A DNA stretch of 64,000 nucleotides from Alphaproteobacteria bacterium (GTDB lineage Bacteria > Pseudomonadota > Alphaproteobacteria > MPNO01 > UBA830), in NCBI GenBank assembly GCA_022822405.1, contig JAJEBT010000113.1, positions 12,500 through 76,499 on the forward strand. Direction: 5' to 3'. The notes beneath the pieces are model-generated. The model worked only from the letters and a program-made list of their open reading frames with translations, did no database searches and was not told the origin of the DNA. A program made the translations under genes and the position numbers. Shown one piece after another: positions 1 through 9,559 of the stretch. Each line of letters begins with the position of its first letter. The first letter of the stretch is position 1.

Positions 1-2277
1 CAGAAACGGCGCTGTAGGCAGAATATTCACATGATAGAGTGTCGGCGTCTCCGCGAGCTTCCGAGTCGGAGTGCTCTTGCTGGCTTCGCGGTAAGCACGC
101 ACAGCCGCAATCCGTTCCCTGACATTAGGCAGACGCGCCAACTCCTCCGGTGGCGCATCGTGCAAAGCGAGAATCCAGCGCTCGCCGCCTCGCAGATATT
201 CGCGGGCACCGATGAACGGACGCAGAAATTGTGCAACCCCCGGCTCGGCCTTGAGAAATGCCTCCCGTTCCTCCGGGCCGAAGATGAAGCAGCCGTCATC
301 TATCGGTTTCGAGCCGGTAATCAGCTTTCCCATCCCGTTGATCGGCGCGCTTTCCCCCCGCACCACCAGATGCGGGTCCGATAGCCCGCCCGCATCGAAC
401 AGATACGGCGACAGCGCCGCGTGTCGGCTTTCCTCCGGGTCGCCGTTGATGTCGGGGTAGCCGAACAGCCGTTTCTCCGGTCGCGCGGCCTTGCGCCGGT
501 CGAGGCCGAGAATGACCACATGCACATGGGCCTTGCCGCGTGCGTCCAATCCCCAAGCGAAGGTCCGGTGCGCGAAAACGATCTCCAGCTTGCAGCGCCC
601 GAACAGGACCGGCCATAGCTGCGCGACCTGCTCACCCTGCGTAATCGAGTTGGTCGCGACGAAGCCGATCCGGGCATCGCCGCCCTTCACGAACTCCCCC
701 GCCTTGATGAACCACGCGGCGACGTAATCGAGCGTTCCGCCGCTCTTGCCGAGCGCCGCGATCCCGCGCACCTGCGCCCGCTGCTCCGCCGTCTGGAACT
801 TCGCGCCCACGAACGGCGGATTGCCCAGCACGAACGAACACTCGCCCGGCGGCAGCAATTCGGACCAGTCCGTTTCGAGCGCGTCGCCGTGGACGATGTG
901 CGGCGACTTCTCGAGCGGGATGCGAACGAAGGTCTGGCCGAATTCGAGGCTCAGCCGGTTGTTCATGATGTGGTCCATCATCCACAACGCGGTCTCCCCG
1001 ATGCGCGCCGGGAACTCGCCAAGCTCGATCCCGTAGTACTGGTCCACGTCCACCACCGACTGCCATGCGACATCAAGCACCGCTTGCCCACTCCCGGCAG
1101 TCGCCTCCCGAATTTCGCGGATGACCTCGATTTCGAGCGTCCGCAATTCCCGGTAGGCGATGATGAGGAAGTTGCCGCACCCGCAGGCCGGGTCGAAGAA
1201 TGTCAGGCCGCCGAGCTTCGCCTGGAACTGCCGGAGCGCCGCGAGACGGCCCCGGCCCCGGCGCGCTTTCACGCGCTCAAACTCCGCCCGCAGGTCGTCC
1301 ATGAACAACGGCTCGATCACCTTGAGGATGTTCTTCTCGGTCGTGTAGTGCGCACCCTGCGCCCGGCGTTCCGCCGGGTCCATCACCGACTGGAACAGCG
1401 CGCCGAAGATCGCGGGCGAGATGTTCGACCAGTCGAAGCGGCAGGCGTCGAGCAGCGCCCCGCGCATCGCCGCGTCGAACGAGAACGTCCGCAGGTGTCC
1501 CTTGAACAGATCGCCGTTGACGTATGGAAACCGCGCCAGATCCTCGTCGAGCGTCGCGGCGCGCTCGTCCTCTGGCGTGTCGAGCACCTCGAACAGCTGC
1601 GCAAGCCACGGCCCGAGATCGGCACCGTCCTCGCCGGTGCGCGTCTCGATGAAGTCGAGGAAGATGTCGCGCGGCTCGAACACCCCGGTGTCGTCGGCGA
1701 ACATGCAGAACACGACGCGCACGAGGAAGCGTTCCAGATCGTGCCCCCGGTGTCCGGCATCGGCGAGCGCGTCGTGCAGCCGCCCGACCAGCTCGGCCGC
1801 CTCGATATTGGCCGGGTCCTGATCGCGGAAGGTCCGGCGCTGCACGCCGAGGATGAAGCCGAACGACTCGACATGCGCGGGCAGGTCCGCGAGCGGGAAG
1901 GCAACGGTCTCGCGTTCGTCGAGATCGTACAACTCGAAGGTTTGGAAGTCGCTCACCAGGATGAAGCGCGGGCGTTCGCGTTCCAACAGCGCGTCGAAAT
2001 ACTCCCCGGCCTGTTCGTAGGCCACCGTCAGGTCGCGCCCCGCGCTCTTCTGTTCGACGATCAGCACACCCGGCCAAAACAGGTCGATGAAGCCCGAGCG
2101 GTTGTCCAGCTTGGAGACGTGTTGCTCGTAGCGGGCAACCTCACGGCGGCGCTTCCCGAAGACCTCGAATAACTCGTTGTAGAAGCTCTGCGTCTCGCCC
2201 TTCTCGTAGGCAGCGTTCTTCCAGTCTTCGGCGAAGGCGGCGGCGCGGGCGCGGACCTCGTTCCAGGACAGGCGCAC
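1..2277 (-). CDS. MmeI/YeeA-family type IIL restriction-modification enzyme (fused endonuclease + N6-adenine methyltransferase), runs off the left edge
   Basis: Not in ORF track (no stop in window). GTG at 2277 reads MRLSWNEVRARAAAFAEDW..EKGETQSFY..GFIDLFWPGVLIVEQKS (PD-ExK nuclease), GAHYTTEKNI, FFDPACGCGNFL (SAM motif I), VLGNPPFVG (motif IV); same frame at the edge gives TPTLYHVNILPTAPFL. Confidence 0.92.
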   Translation of the reverse strand, partial: MRLSWNEVRARAAAFAEDWKNAAYEKGETQSFYNELFEVFGKRRREVARYEQHVSKLDNRSGFIDLFWPGVLIVEQKSAGRDLTVAYEQAGEYFDALLERERPRFILVSDFQTFELYDLDERETVAFPLADLPAHVESFGFILGVQRRTFRDQDPANIEAAELVGRLHDALADAGHRGHDLERFLVRVVFCMFADDTGVFEPRDIFLDFIETRTGEDGADLGPWLAQLFEVLDTPEDERAATLDEDLARFPYVNGDLFKGHLRTFSFDAAMRGALLDACRFDWSNISPAIFGALFQSVMDPAERRAQGAHYTTEKNILKVIEPLFMDDLRAEFERVKARRGRGRLAALRQFQAKLGGLTFFDPACGCGNFLIIAYRELRTLEIEVIREIREATAGSGQAVLDVAWQSVVDVDQYYGIELGEFPARIGETALWMMDHIMNNRLSLEFGQTFVRIPLEKSPHIVHGDALETDWSELLPPGECSFVLGNPPFVGAKFQTAEQRAQVRGIAALGKSGGTLDYVAAWFIKAGEFVKGGDARIGFVATNSITQGEQVAQLWPVLFGRCKLEIVFAHRTFAWGLDARGKAHVHVVILGLDRRKAARPEKRLFGYPDINGDPEESRHAALSPYLFDAGGLSDPHLVVRGESAPINGMGKLITGSKPIDDGCFIFGPEEREAFLKAEPGVAQFLRPFIGAREYLRGGERWILALHDAPPEELARLPNVRERIAAVRAYREASKSTPTRKLAETPTLYHVNILPTAPFL

Positions 2278-2280
2278 GGT

Positions 2281-3210
2281 TTACAACGCTTCTAGGTCGA
2301 AATAGTCCTCGTCGATCCGCTTGATCTCATGACGGACGCGCGTTCGCACTCCGACCCCATGCCGAACCATGAGGTGCGCCAGTTCGTCACCGTCGATCAG
2401 AACGATCCGCTTCGGACTCCGCGCCACGTAATCCTTGGCGGCGCGCGTAAATTCAGCGGTGGTCACGAACACGCCCTTGGTCGTGCCTGCGGCGTCGATC
2501 GCACCCGCGAAGTTGCGCAAATCTCCCTCCCCGACGGTGTTGCCATGGGCGTACTTCTTCGCCTGCACGTACACCTCGTCCAAGCCGAGCGCATCTTCCC
2601 GGATCGTGCCGTCGATACCGCCATCGCCAGAACGTCCCGTCACGCTGCCCATCGCGGCGTCTCCACCGCCGTAGCCCATCGCGATCAGCAAATCGACAAC
2701 CGCCCGTTCAAGAAACGCCGGATCGGCATTGCGAACCCGAGCCAGCACCTCGGCTTCAAGGACGGTACGCAGTTCCCCCGCGGCACGGTCCAGGGTCTCC
2801 TCGGGCGTCTCCCCGGATTCGTTCTCTTGCTGCTCCGGGCGTTCGACACGCGGCGATTTCCGATGCGTCCGATTCTTCCATTCGACATAGGCCGGATACT
2901 GAAGCAGCAACTTCAGGTCGATACGGGCCGGGTGTCGCGACAGAAGTTGCTTGCCGTCGGAAGTTATCCGATAGACGGCGCGACGCACCCGTTCGACCAG
3001 ACCGGCATATAGAAAGTGGGTGATGCTCCAACTGACCCGATCCTTCAACTTGGTCGTGTGTCCGCCCCGGGTCCTTTCCGACAGGTCGTCCGGCGTCAGC
3101 CCTTCGGCGGCGGCGACGCGCGTGCACACTTCCGCGACCTGAACATCGCTCCCGTCCGACAATGCCTTGAGGACGGGGAGCATCAGCGACTGGAAATCAG
3201 GGACGGACAT
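2281..3210 (-). CDS. mrr: Mrr-family type IV (methylation-dependent) restriction endonuclease
   Basis: N-terminal Mrr_N (MSVPDFQSLMLPVL..RVSW) and catalytic domain (FLERAVVDLLIAMGYGG, SGDGGIDG, VYVQAKKY, KGVFVTT, IVLIDG). Confidence 0.95.
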   Translation of the reverse strand: MSVPDFQSLMLPVLKALSDGSDVQVAEVCTRVAAAEGLTPDDLSERTRGGHTTKLKDRVSWSITHFLYAGLVERVRRAVYRITSDGKQLLSRHPARIDLKLLLQYPAYVEWKNRTHRKSPRVERPEQQENESGETPEETLDRAAGELRTVLEAEVLARVRNADPAFLERAVVDLLIAMGYGGGDAAMGSVTGRSGDGGIDGTIREDALGLDEVYVQAKKYAHGNTVGEGDLRNFAGAIDAAGTTKGVFVTTAEFTRAAKDYVARSPKRIVLIDGDELAHLMVRHGVGVRTRVRHEIKRIDEDYFDLEAL

Positions 3211-3529
3211 CGGCCACCGTGCCTGTCTCCGCCGCCTGCCGGGGCGTCACGCACTTCGCGATCTCGTGGCCCGCCGCGATCTCCGCTTGGCGAAGCTCCC
3301 AGGTCTTTTGCAGGTTCAGCCAGAGTTGCGGCGTCGTTCCGAAATACCGCGCGAGCCGTAGCGCCGTGTCCGCGCTCACCCCACGCTGGCCGTTCAGGAT
3401 CATCGTCACCCGGTTCACCGGTACGCCCAGCGCCTTCGACAGCGCATTGGCCGACAGCCCGATCTCGTCGAGTTCACCGCGCAGGATTTCGCCGGGATGC
3501 ACCGGCCTCATGCCGTTCCTTGCGTTCAT
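3197..3529 (-). CDS. higA: HigA antitoxin (HTH-XRE)
   Basis: MRPVHPGEIL..LSANALSKALGVPVNRVTMILNGQRGVSADTALRLARYFGTTPQLWLNLQ; start moved to ATG 3529 behind GGAG RBS. Confidence 0.93.
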   Translation of the reverse strand: MNARNGMRPVHPGEILRGELDEIGLSANALSKALGVPVNRVTMILNGQRGVSADTALRLARYFGTTPQLWLNLQKTWELRQAEIAAGHEIAKCVTPRQAAETGTVADVRP

Positions 3530-3540
3530 GTCAGACTCCC

Positions 3541-3819
3541 TCAGTGATAATCCACGATCTCCACGTCGCATGGCCCGTCGTCCGTCCACCGGAAGCAAAC
3601 GCGCCATTGCACGTTGATCCGAATGCTGTGCTGACCGGCGCGGTCGCCCCGCAGCGCTTCCAGCCTGTTGCTCGGCAATGCGGCAAGGTCTCCGAGCGTC
3701 TCCGCGTTGTCCAGCAGGAGCAGTCGGCGCACCGCCTGATTGGCGAAGCCTTGAAACGCTGCGACGCGTCGTCCCTCGTAGAAGCGGCGCGTCTCCCGAT
3801 CCCTGAAGCTCCGTATCAT
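3541..3819 (-). CDS. higB: HigB toxin (RelE superfamily mRNA interferase)
   Basis: MIRSFRD..PSNRLEALRGDRAGQHSIRINVQWRVCFRW..VEIVDYH; toxin-first order. Confidence 0.93.
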   Translation of the reverse strand: MIRSFRDRETRRFYEGRRVAAFQGFANQAVRRLLLLDNAETLGDLAALPSNRLEALRGDRAGQHSIRINVQWRVCFRWTDDGPCDVEIVDYH

Positions 3820-3827
3820 GCGCGCCG

Positions 3828-3856
3828 ACCGTAACTTATCTTACGCTTTCCGTAAA
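3828..3856 (-). promoter_or_regulatory. Predicted higBA promoter with overlapping TTACG/CGTAA operator half-sites
   Basis: Minus strand TTTACG-N17-TACGGT ending about 8 nt before the higB ATG; CGTAA (3830), TTACG (3841), CGTAA (3851) form two overlapping inverted repeats. Confidence 0.55.
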
Positions 3857-4171
3857 GGATGCTGGCGGACCAACCCATGCTCGTGATCTTGCCGGTGTGG
3901 TGTCCGTGCCCTCCGACGGTGAATGAGATTTCGCGCATTGAGTTGTGACCCTCTGCTTCCTATAGTGCGGCTCGGAAGCCGCGCGACGGTTCGGGAATAG
4001 TTTTCTCGGGTGCGCGGTGGGCGCTGCCGCTCAAGCGCCGCTCGGGCTAACCGCCAGCCAGATAACGGCTTGCATCGCCCGGACGCTTGAGAAGGCCGGA
4101 AGCGGGATAGGAGACGCCTCGCGGCGATTGGTGGACACACCTGCCGCATCCGGTATCGGCGTGCGGCCCGC

Positions 4172-5062
4172 CTATTCGTCGACGACCGGGTTCTCCAGCC
4201 TGCCGAGGCCCGCCAGTTCGATCGAAACCGTGTCGCCGGCACTGAGCCGGCCACCATAGGGCGCGCCGACCCCGGACGGCGTTCCGGTGGCAATCACGTC
4301 GCCGGGGCGCATGGTCATCCGCGCGCTGATATATTCAATCTGCTCGTTGACGTTGAAGAACAGGTACTCCGTGTTCGAGTCCTGCTTCAGCTCGTCGTTG
4401 ACCCACAGCCGGATATCGATGTCGTGGGGATTGGCGATCTGGGAAGCGGGCGTGATCCACGGCCCCATCGGAGCCGAGCCGTCGAAATTCTTCTGGGCGA
4501 ACCAGTAGACGTTGAAGCTCCGCCCCTGGGGCCGCATGTCCCGGGCCGAAAGGTCGTTGAGAATCGTGTAGCCGGCAACATAGTCGAGGGCGTCGGCCGC
4601 GCTGACGTTGCGCGCCGGCTTGCCGATCACCACGGCAAGCTCTGCCTCCCAGTCGATGAAGTCCGAAACCCGCGGCAGGCGGATCTCGGCGCCAGGCCCG
4701 ATGACGCAGTGCGGACCTGCCTTGAGAAAGAAGTACGGATGGGTGGCGTCCTTGTCGAGCGCCTTGCCGCCCGACATCTCCTTCTGGTGATCGACATAGT
4801 TGGCCGCCGCGCAGTAGATCGCCGGCGGGAAGAGCACCGGCGCAAGCAGCCGCACGTCGGCCAGCGGGCGCGAGGCGGAGGACGAGGCCCCGTCGGCCAC
4901 CCGCTGCAGGGCCGCACTGGCGGACTCCCAGTCCCCGAGCATGTCCAGGGTCGAGCCGGCAACGCCAGCGTCGGCAAGGTCGATGACCGCGCCGTCGACC
5001 AGAATTCCGGGCCGCGGCTCGCCCGCCGTGCCGGCATAGTTCAACAATCTGTATTCCGCCAT
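4172..5062 (-). CDS. Fumarylacetoacetate hydrolase family protein
   Basis: AANYVDH, DWEAEL, GYTILNDLSARD, KNFDGSAPMGP, GDVIATGTPSGVG; start at MAEYRLL (5062). Confidence 0.9.
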   Translation of the reverse strand: MAEYRLLNYAGTAGEPRPGILVDGAVIDLADAGVAGSTLDMLGDWESASAALQRVADGASSSASRPLADVRLLAPVLFPPAIYCAAANYVDHQKEMSGGKALDKDATHPYFFLKAGPHCVIGPGAEIRLPRVSDFIDWEAELAVVIGKPARNVSAADALDYVAGYTILNDLSARDMRPQGRSFNVYWFAQKNFDGSAPMGPWITPASQIANPHDIDIRLWVNDELKQDSNTEYLFFNVNEQIEYISARMTMRPGDVIATGTPSGVGAPYGGRLSAGDTVSIELAGLGRLENPVVDE

Positions 5063-5178
5063 CCGGCCGTCCTTTCCTTGTCGCAGGTCGCCGGAATCGA
5101 CGCCCGCCGCACCGCAACCTTGACATTCGCGGCATCGTGCGGCGGATAATAGGGATATTGCCACCGGGGAGGAACCCG

Positions 5179-6030
5179 ATGCCTGCCGCGCTGGACATTT
5201 CTCCGCTCAGCCCCGTCGTCGGCGCAGCCGTGCACGGCCTGGATCTGCGCCGGGCCATCGACGACCGGACCGCGGAACACCTCCGTGAGGCGTTCGCACG
5301 CCATGCCGTCCTGTGCGTTCACGGCCAGCAGATCACCGCATCCGAACATGCGCGTTTCGTGGCCGTGTTCGGTCCCGTCGATACCGGCTACCGCGTGCGC
5401 TCGGGCGCCCGCAGCGATGAGGTGCGCAAGCGCGGCGTGATGCTGGTCAGCAACATCCGCAAGGACGGCAAGCCGATCGGCTCGCTTCCCGACGGCGAGA
5501 TGCAGTTTCATTCGGACGGCGCCCACCGCGACGTACCCTACATGGCGACCTCGCTCCATGCCGTCCGCATTCCGTCGCGCGGCGGCGACACGCTGTTCGC
5601 CAATCTTGCAGCCGCCTACGAGGCGCTCGACGAGGAGACCAGGGACCGGATAGCAAGCCTCCGGGTGCGGAACATGTACGGCTATGACGATACCTTCCGC
5701 GACGAGACCATGGACGAGAACGATCCCAACAGCTCCTCGGCAACCCACGATCTGGTCCGAACTCACCCCGAGTCGGGGCGAAAGGCGCTCTATCTCAACC
5801 GCCTGATGACGCGCCATGTAATCGGGATGGACCGCGACGAGAGCGACGCGCTTCTCGCGCGGCTGTTTGACCATGCCGAACGCCCGGAATTCGTCTATGC
5901 TCACAAGTGGGCGGTCGGCGATGTCCTGATCTGGGACAACCGGTGCCTCAACCACGCCCGCACGGATTTTCCGAGGGACGAGGATCGGCTGCTGCGCCGT
6001 TACACGATCACCGATACCACGCTGCAGTAG
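5179..6030 (+). CDS. TauD/TfdA family 2-oxoglutarate/Fe(II) dioxygenase
   Basis: HxD (QFHSDG), GGDTLFAN, HPESGRKALY, WDNRCLNHAR; ATG 5179 after GGAGGA. Confidence 0.92.
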   Translation: MPAALDISPLSPVVGAAVHGLDLRRAIDDRTAEHLREAFARHAVLCVHGQQITASEHARFVAVFGPVDTGYRVRSGARSDEVRKRGVMLVSNIRKDGKPIGSLPDGEMQFHSDGAHRDVPYMATSLHAVRIPSRGGDTLFANLAAAYEALDEETRDRIASLRVRNMYGYDDTFRDETMDENDPNSSSATHDLVRTHPESGRKALYLNRLMTRHVIGMDRDESDALLARLFDHAERPEFVYAHKWAVGDVLIWDNRCLNHARTDFPRDEDRLLRRYTITDTTLQ

Positions 6031-6082
6031 CGCGCCGTCCGGCGCGGACCGGCGTGCGAACCGCGAACAGGGGGAGAGAGTC

Positions 6083-7519
6083 TTGGCGAACAAGGACCTG
6101 CGCAACTTCGTCGACGAGATCGACGGCATCGGAGAACTCAAGCGCATTTCAGGTGCCGGCGCGGAGGAGGACATCGGCGGGCTCGTCGATATCCACATGC
6201 GCGATCTCGGCAACCCGGCCCTGCTGTTCGACGACGTGCCGGGCTTCCCCGGCGGCCACCGGGTGCTCGGAAACATTATCATGTCCCGGCCGCGCTGCGC
6301 GATCGCCCTCGGCCTGCCGCCCGAGGCCTCCGAAGCCGACCTGATTGCCTGGTGGCGCCACTATCTCGGCGACGCACCCAATCACCCGCCGGTCGAGGTC
6401 AATGGCGGTCCGCTGGTCGAGAACGTCACCGAAGGCGAGGCCGTCAATATCCGCACCATCCCCGCCCCCAAATGGCACGAACATGACGGCGGCGACTATA
6501 TTGGCACCGGCTGCATGGTGGTGATGCGCGATCCGGATTCGGGCTGGGTGAATTACGGCACCTACCGGATCCAGAGCCATGAGCCGCGCATAGCCACCGT
6601 GATGATGTCTCCGGGCAAGCACGGCCGCCTGATCATGGAGAAATACCATGGGCGCGGCGAGCCCTGCCCGGTCGCGGTCGTCGCCGGGATGCACCCGCTG
6701 ATGTACATGATCGCGGGATTCGAGGTTCCCTACGGAAAGAACGAGTTCGACGTGGTCGGCGGGATGCTCGGCGAGCCCGTCGAGGTCATCAACATGCCGA
6801 AGACCGGACTCCCGGTGCCGGCCGGCGCCGAGATCGCGTTCGAGGGCTTCATTGCCCCCGGCGACGAGCGCATGGAAGGGCCGCTCGGCGAATGGACCGG
6901 CTACTATGCCGGGGGCCAGCGCCCCGAGCCGGTCATCCGCATCGAGACCCTGATGCACCGCGATGATCCCATCGTCACCGGCGCCATTCCCGGCATGCCG
7001 CCGAACGACAACACCTACTACATGGGCGCCTACCGCGCCGCTGCGGTCTGGAACCAGCTCGAGGCCGCCGGCATCCCCGAGGTGAAGGGCGTGTACGCGC
7101 ACGAGGCCGGCGGCAGCCGCATGTGGCTCACGGTGTCGATCCGCCAGATGTATGGCGGCCACTCCAAGCAGGCCGGCCTCGTCGCCTCGCAGTGCCACGG
7201 TGGCGCCTACGCCAACCGCTGGACCGTGGTCGTCGACGACGACATCGACCCCGCGAACATGAACGAGGTGGTGTGGGCGATGTGCACGCGCTACGACCCG
7301 CGCGACGACACCGACATCGTCAACGGCTGCTGGAGCACCCATCTCGATCCGATGTGCTATGACGACGACACCGACCGCCGCAATTCGCGGGTCGTGATCG
7401 ACGCCTGCAGGCCGTTCGCCCGCAGGGACACGTTCCCCGCGGTCGCGCGTTCGTCGGCCGAACTCGACGCGAGAATCCGCGAAAAATTCGGCGAGCACCT
7501 GCCCGCGAAGTACCGCTGA
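6083..7519 (+). CDS. UbiD family prenyl-FMN (de)carboxylase
   Basis: HEHDGGDYI, NYGTYR, EIAFEG, EGPLGEWTGYY catalytic motif, VVVDDDID; TTG start. Confidence 0.92.
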   Translation: MANKDLRNFVDEIDGIGELKRISGAGAEEDIGGLVDIHMRDLGNPALLFDDVPGFPGGHRVLGNIIMSRPRCAIALGLPPEASEADLIAWWRHYLGDAPNHPPVEVNGGPLVENVTEGEAVNIRTIPAPKWHEHDGGDYIGTGCMVVMRDPDSGWVNYGTYRIQSHEPRIATVMMSPGKHGRLIMEKYHGRGEPCPVAVVAGMHPLMYMIAGFEVPYGKNEFDVVGGMLGEPVEVINMPKTGLPVPAGAEIAFEGFIAPGDERMEGPLGEWTGYYAGGQRPEPVIRIETLMHRDDPIVTGAIPGMPPNDNTYYMGAYRAAAVWNQLEAAGIPEVKGVYAHEAGGSRMWLTVSIRQMYGGHSKQAGLVASQCHGGAYANRWTVVVDDDIDPANMNEVVWAMCTRYDPRDDTDIVNGCWSTHLDPMCYDDDTDRRNSRVVIDACRPFARRDTFPAVARSSAELDARIREKFGEHLPAKYR

Positions 7520-7538
7520 GACCCGGTCACGGACGCGG

Positions 7539-8489
7539 ATGGTTCCGGTGGCAGCAGCCGTCCGGCGGGTCGTTTTCAGCCCCTATGCGCTGCTGAGCTT
7601 CGCCATCCTCTGCTGGAGCGGCAATTTCGTGGTCGGGCGCTGGGCCAATCTCGACGCCCCGCCGGTTGCGCTTTCCTTCTGGCGCCATGCCGCCGCGGCC
7701 GCGATCGTGCTGCCCTTCGTCGTCCCGCAACTGAAGCGGGACTGGCCGGCCGTGCGCCGCCGCCCGGGCACGTTCGCGGTCCTGTGCGCGCTGTTCGTTG
7801 CCGGCAACACGCTGGTCTATTTCTCGATCCTGCACACCACGGTAATCAACGCCGCGCTCATCAACGCGGGCGTTCCGGTGGCGGCGGCGCTGTTTTCGTG
7901 GATGATCCTGCGCGACCTCATCAATCGCTGGCAGGCGCTGGGTATTCTCGCCTGCTTCGCCGGCATCGCGCTGGTGGTGGCGCGCGCGGATGCCGCGTCG
8001 CTGCTTGCGCTGGAGCCGCGATGGGGCGACCTCTTCATGCTCGGGGCCGTGGTGTGCTGGGCGCTCTACATGGTGCTGTTGAAGCGCGCCGCCGCCCCGG
8101 TTTCGCCCTGGACGCTTCTCGTGGTCCTTTCGGCCGGCGGCGCGCTGTGGCTCGCGCCCGCCTACGCGGTCGAGATCCGCCTTGGCGACAGCATCGCCTG
8201 GACCGGCCTCGCCTTCGGCAGCCTCGCCTATGTCGCCCTGTTCAGCACCGTCGCGGCCTGGGCGTGCTGGAACAGCGGCACGCTCGGGATCGGACCCAAC
8301 CGGGCTTCGGCCTTCATGTGCCTGCACCCGGTCTTCGGCCCGATGTTCGGCATGGCGTTCTTCGGCGAGCAGCTTTTCGCCTATCACGCCGCCGGCACGA
8401 TCCTGGTCCTTGCCGGCGTATTCATGGTCTCGCGCCCCTACCGCAAAGCCGACCCGCCTCCGGCCCAGGACCCGGGCTGCGCCAGCTGA
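7539..8489 (+). CDS. DMT/EamA family transporter
   Basis: About 10 hydrophobic helices, WSGNFVVGR, GPNRASAF..LHPVFG. Confidence 0.88.
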   Translation: MVPVAAAVRRVVFSPYALLSFAILCWSGNFVVGRWANLDAPPVALSFWRHAAAAAIVLPFVVPQLKRDWPAVRRRPGTFAVLCALFVAGNTLVYFSILHTTVINAALINAGVPVAAALFSWMILRDLINRWQALGILACFAGIALVVARADAASLLALEPRWGDLFMLGAVVCWALYMVLLKRAAAPVSPWTLLVVLSAGGALWLAPAYAVEIRLGDSIAWTGLAFGSLAYVALFSTVAAWACWNSGTLGIGPNRASAFMCLHPVFGPMFGMAFFGEQLFAYHAAGTILVLAGVFMVSRPYRKADPPPAQDPGCAS

Positions 8490-8496
8490 ACCGGCG

Positions 8497-9417
8497 TCAC
8501 GCGGCCCACTGGTCGCGGAATCCGGTCGCCACGACCTCGCCGTAGGATGGCGAGCCCTGAAGAAACCCCATGTCGCGCGCAAATGCGTTCATGCCGTCGA
8601 CGAAGTCCTCCGAGATCGACGGATCGTAGTACGGGAAATCGCGCTCGACGACCTGCGCGATCAGCTCCGCCTCGGTCTCGGGGAAGGTCTTCCGGCCAAC
8701 CACTGTCGCGAGTCCGACATCCTCCTTCAGCGCCGCCTGCACCCTGACGATCGCGCGGACCGCAGCCGCGACCTCGTCGGGATCGCTCTCGATCCGCGCC
8801 TCGGTGGTAACAAGCGAGGGCTGGGTGTAGTTGAAGGCCGGCTTCGGTCCGAGGCCGTGCCGGGGAGCGAACACGACGGTCCCGACGCCGCGGGTCACCG
8901 CAACCTCGGTGCCCATGCCGTTGGCCCAGAAGGCATCGATCTGTCCGGCCTCGAGCGCCTTCGCCGCGGTCACGCCGAACGAGATTCCGCCGCCGGACGC
9001 TCCCGGGACCGGCCCGATCTCGACATCCTTCTCGTCGTCGACACCGAGTTCCCTCAGCATGCGCGCAAGCCCCACGTCGACCCAGGGCGCCGCGCCGATG
9101 CGGAGCCCCTTGAGGGCGGAAGCGTCACCCGGCGTCACGTCAAGGTCGGCCCGCACCACGAGGAACCAGTACATGCCCTGCGAAAGCGCGCACAGAAGCT
9201 TGCCTCCCCGCCATTCGGGAAAGGCGGAAAGCGTCGAATGTGCCGATCCCGCGACATAGTCGGCCTGGCCATCCCTGAGCGCCTCGTAGCAGGCAGCGAC
9301 GGGGTAGATGAGTTCGTAGCTGGCCTCTACCCCTTCCTTTTCGAAGAAGCCGAGTTCAACGGCAGCCTGGGCGGGAAAGTACGAGTTCGAGATGAGATCG
9401 GGGATGGCTATTTTCAT
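8497..9417 (-). CDS. NMT1/SsuA-like substrate-binding-fold protein without obvious signal peptide
   Basis: PDLISNSYFPAQAAVELGFFEKEG, LKGLRIGAAP, GQIDAFWANG; no permease or ATPase adjacent. Confidence 0.8.
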   Translation of the reverse strand: MKIAIPDLISNSYFPAQAAVELGFFEKEGVEASYELIYPVAACYEALRDGQADYVAGSAHSTLSAFPEWRGGKLLCALSQGMYWFLVVRADLDVTPGDASALKGLRIGAAPWVDVGLARMLRELGVDDEKDVEIGPVPGASGGGISFGVTAAKALEAGQIDAFWANGMGTEVAVTRGVGTVVFAPRHGLGPKPAFNYTQPSLVTTEARIESDPDEVAAAVRAIVRVQAALKEDVGLATVVGRKTFPETEAELIAQVVERDFPYYDPSISEDFVDGMNAFARDMGFLQGSPSYGEVVATGFRDQWAA

Positions 9418-9559
9418 CTTGCGGTTCCTGTCACTGGTCGAAGGAGCATTTGGCCGGAGTCTACCGGCTTCGGAATCGATTGGCGACCGAATCGGATACC
9501 GGCGCTGCGCCGACCGCAGGCCGCCTCGTATTGCCGACTGCCGTCCCCGCGATGACCGG

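Noticed and set aside
889-2172. 427-aa plus-strand ORF and several minus-strand ORFs listed for 1-2280
   Set aside because: The real gene is the MmeI-like frame starting at 2277, absent from the track; the others are shadows.
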